Positions 1 through 9,458 of a DNA stretch of 64,000 nucleotides are shown here, in pieces. Location of the stretch: NCBI GenBank assembly GCA_963827275.1, contig CAWHAA010000004.1, positions 192,001-256,000 on the forward strand. Reading direction: 5' to 3'. The first letter of the stretch is position 1; each line of letters begins with the position of its first letter. Under the pieces are notes generated by a model that worked only from the letters and a program-made list of their open reading frames with translations, did not search any database and was not told the DNA's origin. This stretch comes from an uncultured Spirochaetota bacterium. GTDB lineage: Bacteria; Spirochaetota; UBA4802; UBA5550. The translations under genes and the position numbers were made by a program.

Positions 1-3
1 TCA

Positions 4-1020
4 ATGCTTGCCGCATTGTGCATGCTCTCCCCCACGGCGCTGACCGGCGGGAGGCAGGCGGAGGAGCCGGGTCCGCCGGCACGGCATCCGGCGACGGTGA
101 AGCTCCCCGCCGGGTACCGGGCGCCTTCCCCCGCCATGGTACGGTTCACCGGGGCTGATATAGCCGTCGACTGCTATGCCCCCCGGTTTGCCCAGGGCGC
201 GGCGGTATACGCCGAGATCTACCCTGCTGCTCCTTCCGGGCGGGACATCTCCTTTGAGTTGAAACGCTTCTCGTTTGACGGCAAAGATATCCCCGTGTCG
301 AAAAGGAGATGGGGCTACCGCGCGCTCTTCGGGATCCATCCGGAAGCGGCGCCCGGGAAGAAACCTATCCGGGTCGTGTACGAGGCCGGCGGCACAGAGC
401 GCGCCGAAGATTTCATTCTTGAAATCTCGGGGAGCGGGTTCCCGTTCTTCAAAAAGCCCCTGGACCTCGGGAAGTATTCCGACGTGGACTATACGCCGAC
501 GCCGGAGGAAATCGCCTTCATCAACGCCTGCGCGGAGAAGAAAAAGAAGGCCTTCGGCAGGGTGGGCGGCGACCTTCCGGGAGAGCACCTGTCGCATCCG
601 CGGAACAGGCACTTTGTCACGTCGCCGTTCTGGTCAAAGCGGCTTGTCATGCGATACCGCGTCAAAAACGGGAAAAAGACCTGGCTGAAGGAAAAGCTGA
701 ATATACACCGGGGGATCGATCTGCGCGGCAGCACCGGCGACCCGGTGCTCGCCATGGCGGACGGCGAGGTCGTGATCGCGGAGCCGATGTATTACGAGGG
801 TAATTTCATCGTGCTCTACCATGGTAGCGGCGTTTTTTCTTCATACATGCATCTCGACGGGGTGATGGTGAAAGAGGGCGACACTGTCCGCGCCGGGAGC
901 CGTATCGGCACGGTGGGATCAACGGGCCAGTCCACCGGCGCCCATCTTCATGTCTCCCTCCTGCTCCAGGGAGTGAGCGTCGATCCCCTGGGCCTGCTCT
1001 CCCTGCCGATCAGAAAGTGA
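4..1020 (+). CDS. M23 family metallopeptidase (true start may lie upstream of the window)
   Basis: C-terminal HRGID (HxxxD) and HLH zinc motifs, YMHL and GSTGQSTGAHLH, typical of M23/LytM domains. Confidence 0.88.
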   Translation: MLAALCMLSPTALTGGRQAEEPGPPARHPATVKLPAGYRAPSPAMVRFTGADIAVDCYAPRFAQGAAVYAEIYPAAPSGRDISFELKRFSFDGKDIPVSKRRWGYRALFGIHPEAAPGKKPIRVVYEAGGTERAEDFILEISGSGFPFFKKPLDLGKYSDVDYTPTPEEIAFINACAEKKKKAFGRVGGDLPGEHLSHPRNRHFVTSPFWSKRLVMRYRVKNGKKTWLKEKLNIHRGIDLRGSTGDPVLAMADGEVVIAEPMYYEGNFIVLYHGSGVFSSYMHLDGVMVKEGDTVRAGSRIGTVGSTGQSTGAHLHVSLLLQGVSVDPLGLLSLPIRK

Positions 1021-1174
1021 CGCGCCCGGGCCCGCCTTCATCGCAGGCCCTTGCGCGTCTGCGCCGCGGCGCCAGGGGGCATCCATATTTTTTAATATAA
1101 ATGTCTTGAAAAGAAGATCGCCTGATAGTTTACTGCAAAAAAATGTTCGCTATGTACAGGCAGGCAGTCAATCA

Positions 1175-2660
1175 ATGAAGGACCTCCACACGCTTTTTAA
1201 CCCCCGGAGCATTGCCGTAGTCGGGGCCACCGAAGCCCGGCTGAAATGGGGCTCGTTTATCATGTCTAACATCCTCGACGGCGGCTACGGAGGGCCGGTC
1301 TACCCGGTCTCGGCCAGCAGCAACACCGTGTTCGGGCTGCAGGCCCATGCGTCGCTTCGCGACATCCCCGGACCGGTCGATCTTGTGTTTATCGCGACTC
1401 CCGCAAAGACCATCATGTCCATCCTCGGCGAGTGCGTTGAGAAAGACGTGCGCAATGTCGTCGTCATATCTTCCGGCTTCAGCGAAACGGGCGCGGAGGG
1501 CGCCGCCCTGGAAGCGCGCATGGCGGATTTCGCCCGGGAGCATTCCATCAATCTCGCGGGGCCGAACACCATGGGTATCGCGAACGTGGGCGCGCGCCTC
1601 TTCGCGACAGGAGGCCACCCGCGGCCGAAGAGCGGCGGAATATCCATCATCGCCCAGAGCGGGAACGTGGGCAACCAGATCATGCTCTGGGCCGAGCTGG
1701 AAGGGTTCGGCATCGGCAAGTTCGTCGGCTCGGGGAACGAGGCGGTATTGAAGGTCGAGGACTACCTCGAATATTTCGACAATGACCCCGAGACCACGGT
1801 TATCCTCATGTACCTCGAAGGGGTTGACGATGGCAGGAAGTTCCTGGAGACAGCGAAGGGCGTTTCCCTGAAGAAGCCGGTGATCGCCCTGAAGGCGGGA
1901 CGGACCGAGGGCGGGAGCAGGGCCGCGGCGTCGCATACCGGCGCGATGGCGGGCTCGTTCCGCGTCTTTGAAGGCGTGCTGAAGCAGACCGGCGTGATGA
2001 CGGCGATGAACCCGACCGAGCTGCTGGAGCTTTCCGCCGCCTTTGACAGCTTTCCCCTGCCCCGGGGGAACAGGGTGGGCATCGTCACCCTGGGCGGCGG
2101 CTGGGGGGTCATCACCGCGGATGAATGCGAGGAGAACGGCCTGGTGCTGCCGCCCCTGCCGGATGAGATCAGGAAGCGGTTCGACCAGAAGCTGCCCCCC
2201 TTCTGGAGCAGGGCAAACCCGGTCGACATTGTCGGCCACCCGGACGTCTTCCTCTTCGCGGAATCGATCGATATCATGGCCTCGTCAGACGCGTTTGACG
2301 CGATCATCGTCCTGGGGCTCCTCGGGTCCGCGCGGTACGGCATCCGTCCCATACAGGCCGCGCACCGGCTCGGCCATGTGCCCGATGAATGAGATGGAGA
2401 TGTTTGAAAAGGGGGTCGTCGCGGTGGAGGGCGCCATCCTCGATACGATCCTCATGATGATGAATAAGTATGACAAGCCGATCTACCCGGTCACCCTCGC
2501 GGCATTCCCCGATGACAACATCATCCACGCTAAAGAAGGGAGCAGGTACAAGGCGATCGTGTACCGGACGCCGGAGATGGCGGTGTTCTGCCTTTCCAAG
2601 CAGTACCAGTACAGCGAGTACCTGCGAAAGCGCGGCGGGACGTCTCCCGATCTTAAATAA
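1175..2660 (+). pseudogene. Acetate/acyl-CoA ligase (ADP-forming) alpha-subunit-like protein, split by a frameshift near 2385-2392
   Basis: CoA-binding N-terminus (PRSIAVVGA, GPNTMG), SHTG phospho-His motif, NPVD; frame stops at 2392 (PDE*) and plausible C-terminal sequence continues in another frame to 2660; may be a sequencing error. Confidence 0.75.
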
Positions 2661-2700
2661 ATTCTCCCTGCCATATTCAACTCGGGAAATCATTAATATG

Positions 2701-2729
2701 TTGACCTTCATCGCATGGGGTGGTAGTGT
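2701..2729 (+). promoter_or_regulatory. Putative sigma70 promoter of the pgs operon
   Basis: TTGACC-N17-TAGTGT with TG extended -10, upstream of a GGGGAG RBS and pgsB. Confidence 0.5.
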
Positions 2730-2751
2730 TATCGGCGCAGGGGAGTAATCA

Positions 2752-3945
2752 TTGAATGAAATAATGCTCATGGGGGCGATGGTCCTGCTGATTGTCGTTC
2801 TCGGCGCAGCCGAGTACGCGAACCACGTGAAGAACCTCCGGTCCATCCCCATCCGGGTGCACGTGAACGGCACGCGGGGCAAATCCTCCGTGACCAGGCT
2901 TGTCGCGGCCGGCCTGCGCGAGGGGGGGATCAGGACCTTCGCGAAGACCACCGGGACGCTCCCGCGCATGATCATTCATGACGGCACCGAATATCCCGTC
3001 TACCGGCAGTCGAAGGCGAACATCATCGAGCAGGTGCGTATCGTCGCCTTCGCGGCGCGCAACGGCGCCGAGGCGCTGGTCATCGAGTGCATGGCGATAC
3101 AGCCCTATCTGCAGAGCCTGTGCGAGCTGAAGCTGGTGCGCGCGACCCACGGGGTCATCACCAATGCGCGCGAGGACCATCTTGATGTCATGGGGCCGTC
3201 GGAGCGGGACGTGGCCATGGCCCTGCTGGGAACGGTGCCGCCCGGGAAAAAGCTCTTCACCTGCGAGCGCGACTATCCGGATGAATTCATGGCGGCGTGC
3301 GTGGAGCGGGGCGCCGAGCTCATCGTGGTCCCGGAGGACGAGGCCGCGAACATCGACGACGCGGCGCTGCGCGAGTTCCCGTACGTTGAGCACCGGGACA
3401 ACATCGCGCTGTCCCTCAGGGTGTGCGAGGCCCTCGGCGTGGCGCGCGACGTGGCGCTGCGCGGCATGAAAAAGGCCGCGCCGGACATGGGCGCCATGAG
3501 CGACCTCTCCCTCAATTTTTTCGGCCGTAACATACACTTCGTGAACGGCTTTGCCGCCAACGACCCGGAATCGACCGGGATGATATGGGCGATGGCGCTG
3601 GGCAGGCACCCGGACGTCAGTTCCCGGATCATGATCGTGAACAGCCGCATCGACCGGCCGGACCGGTCGCGCCAGATCGGGGAGGCGCTCGCGCGGTGGA
3701 CGCGGGCGGACCGCTACATACTGGTCGGCTCGGGCTCATACTTCCTCGTGCGGTACGCGGTCAGGGCGGGCATAGACGCCCGTCACTTCATCAACGCCGA
3801 GGACCTCGACATCGAGACCATGTTCGAGGAGATACTGAAGTATTGCACGAAAAACACCCTTGTCATGGGCGTTGGAAACATCGCCGGCCCCGGACTGGAA
3901 CTGGTGACCTATTTCAAAAACAGGTCCGATAACGTTCCGGCCTGA
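2752..3945 (+). CDS. pgsB: Poly-gamma-glutamate synthase PgsB/CapB
   Basis: RVHVNGTRGKSSVTRL P-loop, AKTTGT, IECMA, TNAREDHLDVMGP, FVNGFAANDPEST, RPDRS; start TTG 2752 or ATG 2764. Confidence 0.95.
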   Translation: MNEIMLMGAMVLLIVVLGAAEYANHVKNLRSIPIRVHVNGTRGKSSVTRLVAAGLREGGIRTFAKTTGTLPRMIIHDGTEYPVYRQSKANIIEQVRIVAFAARNGAEALVIECMAIQPYLQSLCELKLVRATHGVITNAREDHLDVMGPSERDVAMALLGTVPPGKKLFTCERDYPDEFMAACVERGAELIVVPEDEAANIDDAALREFPYVEHRDNIALSLRVCEALGVARDVALRGMKKAAPDMGAMSDLSLNFFGRNIHFVNGFAANDPESTGMIWAMALGRHPDVSSRIMIVNSRIDRPDRSRQIGEALARWTRADRYILVGSGSYFLVRYAVRAGIDARHFINAEDLDIETMFEEILKYCTKNTLVMGVGNIAGPGLELVTYFKNRSDNVPA

Positions 3946-4015
3946 CGGGCCGCAGCGGGATACAGGGAAAGGATTCTACAATCAGCCCCCGCGGGGGGCG
4001 TATGGCGGCACTGGT

Positions 4016-4474
4016 ATGGAAAACATAATTACGCTTTCGATCGGGCTGGGCCTGTGCGTAAGCCTCCTCTTTTCAGAGTTCTTCGGGATCGCCGCGGGCG
4101 GCATGGTGGTGCCCGGGTATATCGCCCTTTACCTGGACCGGCCGCTGGTCATCATCGCCACGGTGGCGGTGAGCCTGCTTACCTATTTTATCGTCAATTC
4201 CCTCGGCGTATTTATGATTATCTACGGCCGGCGGCGCACGGTCCTCATGATCCTGCTCGGCTTCCTTCTCGGGTGGCTCGTGCGCACGCTCGGGGCCGTT
4301 CCCCTGGGGCCGCAGGCCCTGGAGCTGTCCATCGTCGGCTACATCATCCCCGGCCTCATCGCCATATGGATGGACCGGCAGGGCATCCTCGAGACCGTGG
4401 CCGCGCTGGTGACGTCGAGCGCCATCGTGCGGCTGGTCCTTATCCTCTTCTTCGGCAGGGACATCACGTTATGA
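4016..4474 (+). CDS. pgsC: Poly-gamma-glutamate biosynthesis protein PgsC/CapC
   Basis: Hydrophobic 152 aa with GGMVVPGYIAL, IYGRRR, GYIIPGLIA motifs; directly after pgsB. Confidence 0.95.
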   Translation: MENIITLSIGLGLCVSLLFSEFFGIAAGGMVVPGYIALYLDRPLVIIATVAVSLLTYFIVNSLGVFMIIYGRRRTVLMILLGFLLGWLVRTLGAVPLGPQALELSIVGYIIPGLIAIWMDRQGILETVAALVTSSAIVRLVLILFFGRDITL

Positions 4475-5616
4475 AAAAGCTCATCTGGAAACCGACCACA
4501 GTCTCCTGGCAGATCCACGTGGTGATCGCCATCATGGCGATCATCGGCATGATGATAGTGGAATCGTTCAAGGTCAACGTCAAGCAGCCCTTTTACAATG
4601 AAAAGGTGCAGGCGGCGCGGTACATGCTCCAGGGGATCGAGATCATCAAGCAGCACCGCCTCAGGAACATCGGCCCCATCAACAAGGTCATCGACCCGAT
4701 GCGGACCGGCCTGATCGGCGTGCTCTCGACCCCGATCACCAGCACGACAGTCGACATCGATTCGAAGCTGACCAGCATCAACCCGAACTGGGCGGCCGCC
4801 ATCGTGTCCATGCTGAAGGAGGCGAAGGTAAAAAAGGGCAGCACCGTGGCGGTGTCGCTCACCGGCTCGTTCCCGGCCATGAACCTCGCGGTCATGTCGG
4901 CGGCAAAGGCGCTGAAGCTCCGCCTCATCATTGTCACCAGCGTGTCCGCCTCCACCTGGGGGGCCAATATTCCCGGCCTGACCTGGCTCGACATGGAGAA
5001 CGAGCTGTATGAGAAGAAATTTTCTCAATACCGGTCGGTCGCGGCCTCGCTCGGCGGTGTCCAGGACAGCGCCCTGGGCATGTCGGAGGAGGGGAAAAAA
5101 ATCCTGCGCGACACGATCATGAAATACAACATCACGCCCCTTGAATTCAGCGACATGAAGACCCGGATCAACGCCCGCATGGAACTCTACCATGACCAGG
5201 CCCGGGACACCCAGATCGCCGCGTACATCAACGTCGGCGGCGGCACTGTTGCCATCGGGTCGTTCATAGGGAAGAGGAGATACCGGGCCGGCCTGAACCT
5301 CAAGCCGTCACAGCGGGCGATGCGCGTTGACAGCGTCATGTCCAGGTTCGCGCGCACCGACGTGCCCATCGTCAATATCAATTACCTGAAGACCCTCGCG
5401 CAAAAATTCAGCTTTCCCATCGCGCCGAAAAAGATCCCCACGATAGGGCAGGGAGAGATCTACAACCGCCTTGAATACAATAAGGCGCTGGTGGCTCTCG
5501 TGCTTGTGTCGCTGATCGTGTTCCTGTTCCTGTTCATGAAGATGGGGATCGGGTACCGGATCTTCATCCCGCAGAAAAAATCCGTAAAAGCCAGGCCGCC
5601 CGAGCACATGGTGTAA
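4471..5616 (+). CDS. pgsW: Poly-gamma-glutamate system protein (PgsW-like)
   Basis: ATGA overlap with pgsC; N- and C-terminal TM helices; TGLIG, SKLTSINPNWAA, TGSFPAMNLA, SASTWGAN, YINVGGG motifs. Confidence 0.85.
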   Translation: MKKLIWKPTTVSWQIHVVIAIMAIIGMMIVESFKVNVKQPFYNEKVQAARYMLQGIEIIKQHRLRNIGPINKVIDPMRTGLIGVLSTPITSTTVDIDSKLTSINPNWAAAIVSMLKEAKVKKGSTVAVSLTGSFPAMNLAVMSAAKALKLRLIIVTSVSASTWGANIPGLTWLDMENELYEKKFSQYRSVAASLGGVQDSALGMSEEGKKILRDTIMKYNITPLEFSDMKTRINARMELYHDQARDTQIAAYINVGGGTVAIGSFIGKRRYRAGLNLKPSQRAMRVDSVMSRFARTDVPIVNINYLKTLAQKFSFPIAPKKIPTIGQGEIYNRLEYNKALVALVLVSLIVFLFLFMKMGIGYRIFIPQKKSVKARPPEHMV

Positions 5617-5870
5617 ACAATGGGCCGCCGCTGCCGGGCGGGCCCGGGTTCCCGGACGGTATCCATTGCTGTCCAGTCATGCCCTTCGGCGTGAATGGCG
5701 GTGATGGAATGGCCATCGGGGCCTTGCGAAAAAGTCATAATCTGATTAATCTGATATTGGCGAGACAGGTTATGGCTATAATGATATAGAAGGATGTCGG
5801 TCAGGTATTCACGATTTCCCGTCGTTGAAGCTTTCTCTATATAAAAAAATAAAAATCTCATATTGAGGCT

Positions 5871-8045
5871 ATGGAAGGTATGGTCCTGATCAGGGTGTGC
5901 TTGTCGGTTATTTTTGTTCTTGCGGTGTTTTTATCCGGTCTGTCTGCGCGCTCTGTGCCGGTCATTTCATCAGTCAATGCGAGGACGTCGCTGGCCGGGG
6001 AGTGGAAGCTCGGTTTCGGGGACGAAAAAAAATACGCCTCCCGCGATTATGATGATTCAGGCTGGAAGACCATTTCGATGCCGGGAAGCATTACCCGGTA
6101 TATTATAAAGGGGGAAATCCCCGGCGTGACGCTTGACTCGCTCGGAAAGATTGAAGGAATATGCTGGCTCCGGAAAAAAATTATCTTCGATAAAGACCTC
6201 CCGCGGGAAAGCCTCGGCCTGATGCTTGGCCAGATCGCCAATGCGGACGAAACCTACTTTAACGGGGTAAAGATCGGGGGCATGGGGGGCTTCCCGCCCC
6301 GCGATTTTTCCATGTGGAACCATCCGCGCCATTACGTGGTGCCCCGGAGCCTGATAAAATACGGCGGGGAGAACGTCATCAGCATCAGGGTGTCCTATTT
6401 CGTGTACTGCGAAATGATCGGCACCCTTGCGATAGCCAATTACGATGACTGGTCCTTCGACCGCTCGCTCCAGAATTTTTTCAGGATCACCATGAATTTC
6501 GTCATCATATTCATGGGCTTTCCGCTCCTCCTCATGTTCCTGCTGTTCTTTATACGGAAGAGGGATCAGGAATACCTCTTTTACATCCTTCAGCTGTTGG
6601 CAGGCCTCTTTATCGTTATCGATGCCTGTGACTATTTTTTCTGGCGTTCGTTCGGGAGCACGCTGCTGCGGCTCAAGGTGCTTGGTTTCAGCTGGGCGGC
6701 CCTGAATGTCGTGCATCCCATATTCCTCCACCGCATCTACGGCCTCAGCAGGAAAAAGACGGAGATCGGCCTCTGGATCTTTCTGCTGTTCATCGTCCTT
6801 CTGCTCACTACCGTCACCGGAAAGCCCGCTGACCGCCTGCAGGCCGTGGTGTTGATAGCCCTGACCACGCCGATAGGGCTCTATAACCTGTCCTGCCACA
6901 TATCGGCCCTGGTGAAGAAGCGGCCCTACGCGCCGCTGTTCAGCGTGTTTGGCGCCATCGTCATCCTCGGCGCCATCCATGACGCGTTTGTATATTTTCC
7001 CAAGTTCGGCGGTTTCGCGCTGAATATTTTCGGCTATACGCCGGAGAACCTTCTTTTCGGCTACAGCGCGGCGGCCCTTTATACCGGCACCGCCCTTTTG
7101 CTCATACAGCGGCTGATAAACACGATGAATAACCTCGATGAGCTGAATGTCAAACTTGAGGACAAGGTCAGGCAACGGACCGAACAGCTCACGCGCGCGA
7201 ATAGCGATCTCCACCAGGCGATGGAGGAGGTGGAGCTGATAAATGACAACCTGACGGACGCCAACCGCAGCCTGAAGATCGCAGAGCACATGCACGAGCG
7301 GGACCTGGCAATGGCCGTGAACGTGCAGTCTTCGTTCCTCCCTGGCGGTCCGCCGGTGTCCGGGCAGTACGATATCGCGTATCTCTTCAAGCCCATGGCG
7401 GGGATATCAGGGGATTTTTTTGATTTCTATCTGGATGGCAAAGAGCTGGCCGGGGCCGGGATCTTTGACGTATCGGGCCACGGGATATCGTCAGGGCTCT
7501 TAACCCTCATCGCCAAGTCGATCATATACGAAACCTTCATGGACATGAGGAGCGAGAGACTGAACGCGGTCTTTGACCGGATCAACAAAAAGCTGATAAA
7601 GGAGATAGGCCATATAGACAATTACCTGACCGGCATACTGATCCGCATGAACGACGATTCGCTCGAATACGTAAACGGCGGCCACCATGACATGGCGTAC
7701 CGGCTGGGCCGGTCAGGAAAGGTGGGCAAGGTGCTCGGCAGGGACGGGAACACGCTGGCCGGCCCTTTCATGGGAATAAGGGAGATGGAGGAGCCGTACC
7801 GGTCGGTTACCATAAAAATCGGCGCCGGCGACTGTTTCCTCCTGTATACGGATTGCCTTGATGAAACCTGGGACACTTCCAAAAGAAGCTACGGGGAATT
7901 GCGAATAATGGAATCGCTGAAAAAAGCGCCGGACGGCAGCGCCAGGGACATTCTTCGCTGCGTCATGAATGACTTTTATTCATTTGCGGGCAAAGAGGAT
8001 AATTTCAAGGATGACCTGACGGTCATGGTAATAAAGAGAAAGTGA
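5871..8045 (+). CDS. Membrane sensor phosphatase: beta-sandwich sugar-binding-like domain + 7TM-DISM + coiled coil + SpoIIE/PP2C domain
   Basis: GEWK..GD..YDDSGW, DETYFNG..IG N-terminal domain; about 7 TM segments; SGDFFD, DVSGHG, LYTD, DDLT PP2C motifs. Confidence 0.88.
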   Translation: MEGMVLIRVCLSVIFVLAVFLSGLSARSVPVISSVNARTSLAGEWKLGFGDEKKYASRDYDDSGWKTISMPGSITRYIIKGEIPGVTLDSLGKIEGICWLRKKIIFDKDLPRESLGLMLGQIANADETYFNGVKIGGMGGFPPRDFSMWNHPRHYVVPRSLIKYGGENVISIRVSYFVYCEMIGTLAIANYDDWSFDRSLQNFFRITMNFVIIFMGFPLLLMFLLFFIRKRDQEYLFYILQLLAGLFIVIDACDYFFWRSFGSTLLRLKVLGFSWAALNVVHPIFLHRIYGLSRKKTEIGLWIFLLFIVLLLTTVTGKPADRLQAVVLIALTTPIGLYNLSCHISALVKKRPYAPLFSVFGAIVILGAIHDAFVYFPKFGGFALNIFGYTPENLLFGYSAAALYTGTALLLIQRLINTMNNLDELNVKLEDKVRQRTEQLTRANSDLHQAMEEVELINDNLTDANRSLKIAEHMHERDLAMAVNVQSSFLPGGPPVSGQYDIAYLFKPMAGISGDFFDFYLDGKELAGAGIFDVSGHGISSGLLTLIAKSIIYETFMDMRSERLNAVFDRINKKLIKEIGHIDNYLTGILIRMNDDSLEYVNGGHHDMAYRLGRSGKVGKVLGRDGNTLAGPFMGIREMEEPYRSVTIKIGAGDCFLLYTDCLDETWDTSKRSYGELRIMESLKKAPDGSARDILRCVMNDFYSFAGKEDNFKDDLTVMVIKRK

Positions 8046-8121
8046 TGCGTTCCGCCAGGGGCCCTGTCCGGGCCCCTGAGGAACCTCCGCCGCGCTGACG
8101 GGATATACCGCCGCCTGTTGC

Positions 8122-9354
8122 CTACCTGCACTTCTGAAGGCACCCGACCTGCGCCAGTCCCGACAGCCCTTTGCACGTTTCAATGCATTTTATGAGTGAT
8201 TGTTTGTCGTCGGGACCGCCGGTGCCCATCTGCTTTTTGTGGCGCTCGTCTTCAAGCTTCCAGCGGTCGCGCTCGGTTTTCCAGCGCTCTTCTTCAATCT
8301 TCCTGCGCTCCTGCTCGAGCTGTTTCTGCCGCTGCTCCTCGGCCCGTTTCTCCTGGTCCCGCTTCTGGAGCTCCCTGCGCTGCTCGTCGAGCGCGCGGCG
8401 CTCATCTTCCGCTTTGCGGCGCTGTTCTTCAAGCTTCATGTTCCGTTCGGCTTCAAGCTCCTTCCTGCGCCCATCTTCCAGCCGTTTCCGGCGTTCTTCC
8501 TCGATCCTGGCCTGGCGCTCCTGCTCGATTTTCAAGAGGCGTTCTTCTTCAATCTTCTTCTGCCGCTCTCGCTCGTGTTTCTGGCGCTCCTCTTCTATCG
8601 TTCTCTTCTGCTCCTCTTCGCGCCGCCGCTGCCTGTCTTCTTCGGCCTTTCTCCCGCGCTCTTCCTCAAACCTGCGGCGCTCGTCCTCGCGCCGCCGCTG
8701 CGCATCAATTTCAGCGGCCCTTCTTCGCTCCTCCTCGATCTTCTTCCGCCGCTCTTCCTCTTCCTTTTTCAGGCGCTCCTGGTGTTTTCGAGCTTCCTCC
8801 TCCCTGAGGTGCCTCAGGCGCTCCTGTTCGAGCCTGCGCTTTTCTTCTTCAATCTTACGTTTTTCTTCCTCTATCTTTCTCTTGCGTTCTTCATCGATCT
8901 TGCGCAGGCGATCACGCTCCGCCTTCCAGAGGCGTTCCTGCTCCAGCTTTTTCAGGCGCTCCTGCTCGATCCTTTTCAGGCGCTCCTGCTCTATCTTCCG
9001 GAGGCGCTCCTGCTCGATCCTTTTCTGCCGCTCTTCCTCCAGTTTGCGCTGACGCTCTTCCTCAAACCTGCGCTGCCGCTCATGTTCTATCCTGCGCTGC
9101 CGCTCTTCCTCGAGCCTTCTCTGGCGCTCCTGCTCGATTTTCCAGAGGCGCTCTTCCTCGACCCTTCTCTGTCGTTCTTCCGCAATCCTTCTCTGGCGCT
9201 CCTGCTCGATGCGCCGCAGCTCCTCTTCGCGGTGCCGGTCGTATTCGTCGTGTCCCCTGCGGTCGACGGGACCGGTCTCGTCAGTTATGATGAATAATGT
9301 GCCGCATGAACAGGTGAACATCACCAGAAGAGATATTAATAATCTACCAAGCAT
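8122..9354 (-). CDS. Putative lipoprotein with long E/R/K-rich charged helix and C-terminal CX3C-X10-CX3C motif
   Basis: AGGAGG RBS before ATG 9354; signal peptide ending FTCSC; over 300 aa rich in E/R/K/Q; C-terminus KCIETCKGLSGLAQVGCLQKCR. Confidence 0.8.
   Translation of the reverse strand: MLGRLLISLLVMFTCSCGTLFIITDETGPVDRRGHDEYDRHREEELRRIEQERQRRIAEERQRRVEEERLWKIEQERQRRLEEERQRRIEHERQRRFEEERQRKLEEERQKRIEQERLRKIEQERLKRIEQERLKKLEQERLWKAERDRLRKIDEERKRKIEEEKRKIEEEKRRLEQERLRHLREEEARKHQERLKKEEEERRKKIEEERRRAAEIDAQRRREDERRRFEEERGRKAEEDRQRRREEEQKRTIEEERQKHERERQKKIEEERLLKIEQERQARIEEERRKRLEDGRRKELEAERNMKLEEQRRKAEDERRALDEQRRELQKRDQEKRAEEQRQKQLEQERRKIEEERWKTERDRWKLEDERHKKQMGTGGPDDKQSLIKCIETCKGLSGLAQVGCLQKCR
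8850..9210 (-). repeat. Degenerate 24-bp tandem repeat encoding [I/L]E[Q/E]ER[Q/L][R/K][R/K], about 15 units
   Basis: Recurring plus-strand GGCGCTCCTGCTCGAT units and 8-aa periodicity in translation; boundaries approximate. Confidence 0.75.
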
Positions 9355-9458
9355 CACAGGCCTCCTCGCGGGCATGATGAAAGACCGTATCCGATAATTA
9401 ATGCGTTAGACCCATATTATCGCTGAAAAGTTCGGCGCTGTCAATAAAAATTACCGGC

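Noticed and set aside
8171..9297. Long plus-strand Ser/Arg- and Leu/Phe-rich ORFs
   Set aside because: Antisense frames of the E/R/K-rich gene; stop-free because of low complexity
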